DNA of 60,933 bases, from positions 1-60,933 of IMG/VR virus record IMGVR_UViG_3300037114_000075. One strand, 5' to 3'. Source of the stretch: a virus (lineage: Duplodnaviria > Caudoviricetes). Position numbers and translations under genes: made by a program. This document shows positions 55,065 to 60,933 of this stretch, in pieces. Position 1 is the stretch's first letter. The number at the start of each line of letters is the position of its first letter. The notes under the pieces were generated by a model. The model was not told the DNA's origin, searched no databases, and worked only from the letters and a program-made list of their open reading frames with translations.

Positions 55065-55318
55065 GCGCGCCGCCGGTCTTCGAGCCGCCGCCGCCTGTGG
55101 GGCCGGTGAACACAGATTGGCGCTACGCCGTTAAGGCTTGGCACGTAGGGCCTTTCTTTGGAGAGTGGGCCATCTCCGCCGATGACAGCATTGTGCTTTG
55201 TTTCAAGAGCCCAGACCGCGACACGGCATGGGCAGAGGCGAAAAGGCTCGCCGATCAATACGGCGGTCTCGCGATCTTCATGGAAACATACGGGCACGCG
55301 CGCGGCTATGTCGAATAA
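55061..55318 (+). CDS. Hypothetical protein
   Basis: ATGA overlap. Confidence 0.55.
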   Translation: MSAPPVFEPPPPVGPVNTDWRYAVKAWHVGPFFGEWAISADDSIVLCFKSPDRDTAWAEAKRLADQYGGLAIFMETYGHARGYVE

Positions 55319-55375
55319 TAAATAATCGGGCGGAAACCTCAAGCGGCATCGCATCTCAAGTTGAAGGGGGCTGAA

Positions 55376-55654
55376 ATGCGCAAGCTCTTGCTCGCCACAA
55401 CAATGCTCTTGGGGACGATCGCCCATTCTCAGCCGCTTCCTACTGAAGTGTGCTTCCCGGCTACCGACCCGCATTCCGGCTTGGGGACCAACTTCTACAA
55501 GGACCCGTCTCGCGGGGCGCCGCAGATGACATGCATGCGCCTTACCGATATGGATCATCCGAACTTCAAGACCGTCCCGCCGGCTGAAGCGCCGATGCTG
55601 CGCCGGTATCCAGCGGGCGGTCGCCCTTCCTCTTGCGAGGATGGCGGCTGTTGA
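55376..55654 (+). CDS. Small secreted Cys-containing protein
   Basis: MRKLLLATTMLLGTIAHS|Q. Confidence 0.6.
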   Translation: MRKLLLATTMLLGTIAHSQPLPTEVCFPATDPHSGLGTNFYKDPSRGAPQMTCMRLTDMDHPNFKTVPPAEAPMLRRYPAGGRPSSCEDGGC

Positions 55655-55749
55655 GGGGTCCGTGCCGCGGCAATCCCGGGCTATTCCCCATAACTGATTC
55701 GTGTGATATCTCTGCGCCTGGGGCACGCGGCAATCTTGGGACAACTCAA

Positions 55750-56115
55750 ATGAATTTACCAAACCAAAATCAGGTGGCGGCGGTCGGCCGTCACGTTCTC
55801 ACCGCCGTTGGGGCGATCACAGCCTTTGCATCGGCAATGGCGCTCCTAACGCCGGGCGAAGCCGCGAACGTCGTTTCTGGCTTCCAACATCTAAGCAATG
55901 CGGCCTCCGAATTTATGCTGGGCATCGGAACATTGATCCCGGTGGGTTCGGCTTTGTGGGCGGCATGGACGGCCTCGCGCAAGTCGGTCGTTCAATCGGC
56001 GGCCTCAATTCCCGGCACGACTGTCGTCACAACGGCGGCGCTCGCGGCGGCAACTCCAAACCAAGCCAACATCGTCAGCAACACACAAAATGTCGTCGTT
56101 GCGAAGGCGACGTGA
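55750..56115 (+). CDS. Putative holin
   Basis: RHVLTAVGA; two hydrophobic helices; near the endolysin. Confidence 0.55.
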   Translation: MNLPNQNQVAAVGRHVLTAVGAITAFASAMALLTPGEAANVVSGFQHLSNAASEFMLGIGTLIPVGSALWAAWTASRKSVVQSAASIPGTTVVTTAALAAATPNQANIVSNTQNVVVAKAT

Positions 56116-56138
56116 CTCACTCGAAAGGACGTAAAAAA

Positions 56139-56522
56139 ATGTTACGCAAACTTCTCATCTCTAGCGCGCTCGCAGCTTCTCTTGCGGGCTGCGCGTCGGT
56201 AGTCGGCGACTACGACGTACTCACCGGGACATCGGTTCCGGCTCAGACCGTTATCGTGGCCGCGACCGCTTTCGATGGCGTCGAGGGCGGAGCGACAGCC
56301 TACATGAAAGGGTGCCAGGCTTCGCCGGCTTCAACGTATTGCGCTCCTGCGACCGTCAAGATCGTTGCGAATGCCGTCTGGACCGGCCGCCATGCACGCA
56401 ATCAGCTTGAGGCCTTCATGGCCGCCAACCCTGACACTCCAGCTCCGGTCAGCCTCTACAACGTGCTTACGACTGCGCTGGCGACGCTCCAGACCCTCAG
56501 CACGCAATACGGCTGGCAGTAA
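56139..56522 (+). CDS. Lipoprotein (possible spanin component)
   Basis: Lipobox LAGC; AAGGA RBS. Confidence 0.7.
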   Translation: MLRKLLISSALAASLAGCASVVGDYDVLTGTSVPAQTVIVAATAFDGVEGGATAYMKGCQASPASTYCAPATVKIVANAVWTGRHARNQLEAFMAANPDTPAPVSLYNVLTTALATLQTLSTQYGWQ

Positions 56523-56555
56523 ACCCAGCCAATCCCAACGAAAGGAATTCCTACC

Positions 56556-56837
56556 ATGTTAGCTGCTCTCATCCCCCTGCTCATCTCGTTGGTCCCTCTC
56601 GTCGGAGAAGCAATTCCAGATATCCAGCCAATCGTGAACGTGCTCGTCGCGATCGTGCCGACACTCACCTCAGATGTCATCCCGGCGGTGCAGGATATCA
56701 TCGCCGATCTCAGCGCCAATCCGGCGACGACAGCCGCGCAGCTCACCACATTGCAGGCGCTCGATGCGCAGTGCGATGCGGCGTTTGATGCCGCGGCCGC
56801 TGCGGCGGGAGCCGGCGCCCCGCCTGCCGGAACCTGA
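56556..56837 (+). CDS. Hypothetical protein with hydrophobic N-terminus
   Basis: AAGGA RBS. Confidence 0.65.
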   Translation: MLAALIPLLISLVPLVGEAIPDIQPIVNVLVAIVPTLTSDVIPAVQDIIADLSANPATTAAQLTTLQALDAQCDAAFDAAAAAAGAGAPPAGT

Positions 56838-56839
56838 GC

Positions 56840-57034
56840 ATGAGCACCGCCTATGTTGCCGCGCTGTTTCTCGGCTGCCTTGTCTCCGATCCGAGCAAGT
56901 GCAGCATGACGAGCGTGCAGGTCGAGCCTCGGGCTTGTCATCTGCCGGCGATCCGAGGCCGCGTTGTCATGAACGGCGAGTGGCAAGACGCCGTGTTCCG
57001 GGTGAAGTGCGATGCCTCGAAACGACTGGATTAA
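56840..57034 (+). CDS. Small Cys-containing protein
   Basis: Hydrophobic N-terminus, four Cys. Confidence 0.5.
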   Translation: MSTAYVAALFLGCLVSDPSKCSMTSVQVEPRACHLPAIRGRVVMNGEWQDAVFRVKCDASKRLD

Positions 57035-57260
57035 GACGGTGTTTCCATTTGGCGGTGATCTTCGGATCGGCGACGCGGTGCGGCACAAAGGCGGCGGTCC
57101 CGTGCTGACGGTCGCCGAGATCGGGCCGGCAAAAGGAGTCTTCGTGCGGACTGTAAAATGCGAGCGTCGAAACGATGAGGGCCGCGTAGGAAGCGTTTGG
57201 TTCTTGTTCGACGAACTCGATAAGCTGGATACGCCGTGGCGAACGCGCCCGCAAACATAG
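57012..57260 (+). CDS. DUF2158/YodC-like protein
   Basis: IGDAVRHKGGGPVLTV. Confidence 0.6.
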   Translation: MPRNDWIKTVFPFGGDLRIGDAVRHKGGGPVLTVAEIGPAKGVFVRTVKCERRNDEGRVGSVWFLFDELDKLDTPWRTRPQT

Positions 57261-57270
57261 GAGAACGAAA

Positions 57271-57534
57271 ATGGGCTGCTTCTCACTGACGTGGCTGGAA
57301 CAGATTCTGATCGATGTAGTCCTGATCATCGGCTTCGTCATGATCATTCAACTGTTCCTGCCGCGCCTCACCGCGATGCTCGGGCCGTTTGTTTGGATCA
57401 TCGCGATTCTGCGGATCGTTCTGTGGGTCGCAATCGCGATCTTCGTGATCATCATCTGCTTCTCATTGTTCGAGTGTCTGATCGGGTCTGGCGGCATAAG
57501 CCTTGTCCCTCACGCGCATAGCGACCGATACTGA
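57271..57534 (+). CDS. Two-pass membrane protein
   Basis: AGGAG RBS; two hydrophobic helices. Confidence 0.7.
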   Translation: MGCFSLTWLEQILIDVVLIIGFVMIIQLFLPRLTAMLGPFVWIIAILRIVLWVAIAIFVIIICFSLFECLIGSGGISLVPHAHSDRY

Positions 57535-57580
57535 GAGGTAACCGGCGCGCATGTGATGGCTGAATTTCGAGCGCCGCGCG

Positions 57581-57742
57581 GTGAAATGGTTTTTCTATGA
57601 GGTCGCGAAGCTTTGGTATGGAGACTGGTCGGATTGGTGGGCCAATTGGCGGGAGTTATCGATCATGTTCTTCCTTGGGCTGATGATAGGCGTCGTCGCA
57701 GGGTTTGCTGGTGGCTTAATCCTTGGTATGATTGCGAGATGA
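57581..57742 (+). CDS. 53-aa Trp-rich membrane peptide
   Basis: GTG start; C-terminal Gly-rich hydrophobic helix; weak RBS. Confidence 0.4.
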   Translation: MKWFFYEVAKLWYGDWSDWWANWRELSIMFFLGLMIGVVAGFAGGLILGMIAR

Positions 57743-57775
57743 TCATGATCGGCTATGCGGCGGGGCACAGAAAAC

Positions 57776-58297
57776 ATGGCGTCCAAGACAGATACACCGA
57801 GAAGCGGGTGGCCGCCGTCTGGTTTAACGAACAGCCTCTTTCTCGCCATCGCCGTCGTCGGTGGGTTCTGGGCGCTTGCCGATCCGCGCGGGGACATCGC
57901 CGGCATCAAGAGCAACTATCTTACAATTCGCGAGCATGACGAATTTAAGGGTTCGATGGCTGTCGAAATTAGCCGACTCGACACCGAGATTACGCGAGTT
58001 GAAGATGAAGATGTTACCAAAACCGACGCCTCTCTCGCCAAGAGTGCAGTAGACAATCGGACGGCCGACATCCAGCGGCAGATCGATGAGATCGTAAACG
58101 CCGACGACAAGGTTTCCGAGGCACGCTCTGCGGCCCTTGACAGGTCTGCCAGCGACCGAAGCTCCGCGCTCGAAAAGGAATTCAACAGTTCCGTTGGGGC
58201 GCTGCAGGGGCAAATCGGCGAGCTGAGAAGCAGAATGAACGATCTGCAGGAACAGCTAAATAATTTGCGAGCGGCGCCAGCCAGAGCCCCTCACTAA
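57776..58297 (+). CDS. Membrane-anchored coiled-coil protein
   Basis: N-terminal TM segment followed by heptad repeats. Confidence 0.7.
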   Translation: MASKTDTPRSGWPPSGLTNSLFLAIAVVGGFWALADPRGDIAGIKSNYLTIREHDEFKGSMAVEISRLDTEITRVEDEDVTKTDASLAKSAVDNRTADIQRQIDEIVNADDKVSEARSAALDRSASDRSSALEKEFNSSVGALQGQIGELRSRMNDLQEQLNNLRAAPARAPH

Positions 58298-58314
58298 CTG
58301 GAAAGGATTCGCCC

Positions 58315-58476
58315 ATGCTGTTCACCATCCTGATCATCATCCTGATTCTCGCGCTGATCGGCGGCTTGCCTAGGTGGGGCTATTCCTCGGGCTGGGGTTA
58401 CGGGCCTTCGGGCGGAATCGGGTTGATCCTTGTCATCATCATCCTTGTTGTCCTGTTCGGGAACGGGCGGTTGTGA
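58315..58476 (+). CDS. DUF3309-family small membrane protein
   Basis: ILIIILILALIGGLPRWGYSSGWGYGPSGGIGLIL; AAGGA RBS; below the ORF-track cutoff. Confidence 0.85.
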   Translation: MLFTILIIILILALIGGLPRWGYSSGWGYGPSGGIGLILVIIILVVLFGNGRL

Positions 58477-58644
58477 TGACGGGCGCGCCCGACAAGCCAG
58501 GACCGCCTATTTTCGTCCCTCCGCCGCCTCCGGCTATGCTGCTTCGACCATCCTCGTTCTCTATCTCGCGGTGCAGACGCATTACGCCGATGCCGGAGGG
58601 TTTAAGCCGCGCGTCGATCCGTATTGATCGGAGGGAATCGCGCC

Positions 58645-58914
58645 ATGCCGCTTTCACAGAAACAGCGCTTCGAGATCGTTCTCGCGCGCGGCAGGGTGTC
58701 CGGGCCAGAGCTTGCGAAGCGATACGGCGTCGAGCCGTATGCCATCCACGCTGTTTGGGAGAACGCGCGGCGCAAGATGCATATGACGCCGGTCATGCAA
58801 GGCAAAATAAAAGTTCCCGCCTGCTTCTCGCGCGCACGCTCGGCGCTGGCAATGGCGCGGCTCGACAGTATGATGGCCGAGTTCAGCGCGCCGCGCGCGG
58901 GACGGAAAAGATAA
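58645..58914 (+). CDS. Small HTH protein
   Basis: GGAGG RBS; ELAKRYGV...I..VW. Confidence 0.6.
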   Translation: MPLSQKQRFEIVLARGRVSGPELAKRYGVEPYAIHAVWENARRKMHMTPVMQGKIKVPACFSRARSALAMARLDSMMAEFSAPRAGRKR

Positions 58915-59359
58915 TCCTCGGCGGCGTCGCGCAGATCTTGCCCCAGGCCGGATGCCAATATCCGCGGATGCAGTGCAAGATCTCGTGCGCCAGGATCATG
59001 CCGTCGTCAGGATCGTCCCAATTCGCGTAGCCAAATCGCGGCGTGGCGTGGATGCCCCATCCCGCCGGAGCGACGATCTCGCACGGGATCTGCCCGATCT
59101 GGGTATAGGCTTCGTCGCCCGGTGGGCGGCCTGAATAGAACTGCGCTTGCGGCTCGAATGTCAGCCGGATCGACATCGGCGGAACTGAGGTGTTGAGCAT
59201 ATCGGCCGCGCGTTCTGCGGGGGTCAGCTCGACTGGCGCGACATAGCTGGCGTGCGCCTCAAATTCCTGCCAAGCACCAAATGAATCGAAACCACAGATG
59301 GCCCCGATCATCCACATTGCGAGCCCTGGAAGGACTATCCGCAAGATTTTACTTTCCAT
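58883..59359 (-). CDS. Membrane-anchored protein with HEXXH motif
   Basis: N-terminal hydrophobic helix; LAHEILHC. Confidence 0.6.
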   Translation of the reverse strand: MESKILRIVLPGLAMWMIGAICGFDSFGAWQEFEAHASYVAPVELTPAERAADMLNTSVPPMSIRLTFEPQAQFYSGRPPGDEAYTQIGQIPCEIVAPAGWGIHATPRFGYANWDDPDDGMILAHEILHCIRGYWHPAWGKICATPPRIIFSVPRAAR

Positions 59360-60185
59360 CGGCCGCCCCACCGTACCCTCTCTGCATCTCGTGCAGGATC
59401 GCATCGCGCACGCCCGCACCTAGGCCGGCCGGCGCGTACAGCGTGAAGTTGATGCCCTCAAAGACAACGGCGTCGTCCTGCGCTGCGCGGGGGAAATTAC
59501 GGGTGGGGTTATCGATGGTCACCTGATCCCCGCCAAGCGTGATGGACATCCCATATCCGCCCGCGACGTCATATGTCGCCGATACGGGAGGCGAGGGACC
59601 GTAGACGAAGACATGGTCCCCAGGCATCGGCGGAAGGTGTGGGATGACGGTGAAGTGGTATCCGGCGGGAGGCATCGCCAATCCGTCGAAGCAGGCGCGT
59701 TGGTACAAATCCATCTGCTCCTGGTTCATGCTCCCCGTGTCGGTGACTCCGCTGACTCCCGGGTTCAACTCGCAATCGAAGGTATAGCTTACCTCGCCGC
59801 CGAGATCAGGTGCGCGTCCCGGCACAAGATCCATGCGCGTCGTCGCCGCGAGATTGATCGTGGTGGAGAAGTATCTATTGGCCGCCGCGTTCCCGCCGCG
59901 GCGAATGTCGAGCGTCAGGAAGTCGCCCCACCTGTGCGCCGCGAAGCTCCATCCCGCAATCTGCCGCGCCTGCTCGTCGCGGAAGGCATCATGGAATTCC
60001 TGCCAACGGGGCATCACATGCGCGACGGCGGCTTCATCGGCAAGGCCGGTGAGCACGTTAGTGACATACTTGGCCGCCATATCGCTTGGCGAGGGCGGCG
60101 CGGTCTGCGGAGCGGCGCTGCCGGTCTGTTGCTGGCAGCATCCGAGCAGAACGAGAGAGGCTAGGGCAAGCATAGAGTGTCTCAT
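59349..60185 (-). CDS. Lipoprotein of unknown function
   Basis: MRHSMLALASLVLLGC lipobox; GAGGA RBS. Confidence 0.7.
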   Translation of the reverse strand: MRHSMLALASLVLLGCCQQQTGSAAPQTAPPSPSDMAAKYVTNVLTGLADEAAVAHVMPRWQEFHDAFRDEQARQIAGWSFAAHRWGDFLTLDIRRGGNAAANRYFSTTINLAATTRMDLVPGRAPDLGGEVSYTFDCELNPGVSGVTDTGSMNQEQMDLYQRACFDGLAMPPAGYHFTVIPHLPPMPGDHVFVYGPSPPVSATYDVAGGYGMSITLGGDQVTIDNPTRNFPRAAQDDAVVFEGINFTLYAPAGLGAGVRDAILHEMQRGYGGAADGK

Positions 60186-60214
60186 GGCGAAAGATCCTCT
60201 TTTGGGGTTGGCGC

Positions 60215-60933
60215 TCACTTCGGCGGCTCCTGTTGAGATGGCGGGGCGGGGAGCAGTGTGAAACGGGCTAACCAACGCGACGGCGCCGTAGCAAACATTT
60301 GGCGCGCTTCGTTCTCATAGAAGATCGCCGCGACCCATCCTCCGGTAGTTCGAGGCGTATCGTGCTCACGCATCAAGCCATCCTTCACAAAACGATATAG
60401 GCCGCCTTCAGCATTTTGATGCGTCGGCTGCCACTCATCCTTCGGCGCGGCCTCGGCGGCAGCAATCGCGGCTTCTTGGGCGCGAGCAAATTTCAGCAGA
60501 GCTACGCCTTCGGCGCTCGTTGAATCGACCCTCGCGATCCCGGCATGACCAGAAAAGAGAAGTAGAATATGCTCCTCGCCTTCGATAACGCGAACGCTCA
60601 ACATTCCCAAGGCCGCAAGCATCCGCGCGTTGACAGGCTCCTGCGGGGCGCGGCGGTTCATCGCGGCGATGCTGGCACAGGAAGCATCATTTGCGGCTTC
60701 AAACGCCTCATTCGCGCGTAGCAACTCTTCCTCAGAAAGCTGATCGCGGCGTAAACCAGTGATCAACAGAAGCGCTCTGGAAAGTTTTTCACGCGCCACG
60801 CGCTCGACTTCATCCGTCGAAGGCTGCGGCCCGGCTGTTACACCGGGCCTAGAGTCAGAGGGTTGGTTGGTCGTAAATACCCTTTCTCGGTCACGTGGCA
60901 TCACCTCACTTTCTTTCTCCGCGACGGCGAACG
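60215..60933 (-). CDS. 3' part of the junction-spanning hypothetical protein
   Basis: Frame open through the terminal repeat to the GTG at 210. Confidence 0.75.
   Translation of the reverse strand, partial: FAVAEKESEVMPRDRERVFTTNQPSDSRPGVTAGPQPSTDEVERVAREKLSRALLLITGLRRDQLSEEELLRANEAFEAANDASCASIAAMNRRAPQEPVNARMLAALGMLSVRVIEGEEHILLLFSGHAGIARVDSTSAEGVALLKFARAQEAAIAAAEAAPKDEWQPTHQNAEGGLYRFVKDGLMREHDTPRTTGGWVAAIFYENEARQMFATAPSRWLARFTLLPAPPSQQEPPK
60821..60933. repeat. Terminal direct repeat, copy 2
   Basis: Identical to 1-113. Confidence 0.97.

Larger units (their letters stand above)
1..60933. mobile_element. Complete circularly closed myovirus-like phage genome (60,820 bp unit), probable alphaproteobacterial host
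   Basis: Terminal 113-bp identity; full terminase-portal-capsid-sheath-baseplate-fibre-lysis gene set; no host housekeeping block. Confidence 0.95.

Noticed and set aside
53429-55762. 321-aa and 324-aa minus-strand ORFs
   Set aside because: They overlap the well-supported methyltransferase and endolysin genes on the plus strand
58374-59030. 218-aa plus-strand ORF
   Set aside because: It overlaps the better-supported DUF3309, HTH and HEXXH genes; a short Pro-rich gene from 58476 cannot be excluded
1-60933. CRISPR array or mini-array
   Set aside because: No regularly spaced repeat-spacer series found by eye; the repeats seen are pairs or operator clusters

Overview
The window is an apparently complete, circularly closed tailed-phage genome. 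Bases 1-113 are identical to 60821-60933, giving a unit length of 60,820 bp, and one gene reads in frame across the junction. The virion module is myovirus-like and of the DUF1073 portal / MuF / DUF2213 protease / DUF2184 capsid / DUF3383 sheath / baseplate J / DUF2612 type. The host is probably an alphaproteobacterium (inferred from the GC-rich sequence, GapR-like and DUF3309 proteins, and the style of the initiator tRNA). Layout: a leftward early arm of small genes with a tRNA-fMet-like gene; a divergent promoter/operator switch; RuvC-like and DUF1376 replication genes; four DNA methyltransferases in total; packaging, head, tail and fibre genes; and a lysis/envelope cluster. I recognise no integrase, CI-type repressor, DNA polymerase or ParA. 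Most notable: (1) five genes inside the morphogenesis cluster, including both tail fibres and the protein following them, carry Sec-type signal peptides, and four have even numbers of cysteines, suggesting periplasmic maturation of virion parts; (2) one ~60-aa beta-rich module is inserted about 13 times into six different virion proteins; (3) a chromosomal-type parS palindrome occurs in a phage lacking integrase and ParAB; (4) a NUDIX hydrolase is fused to the prohead protease. All family assignments come from motif recognition by eye; no database search was run.
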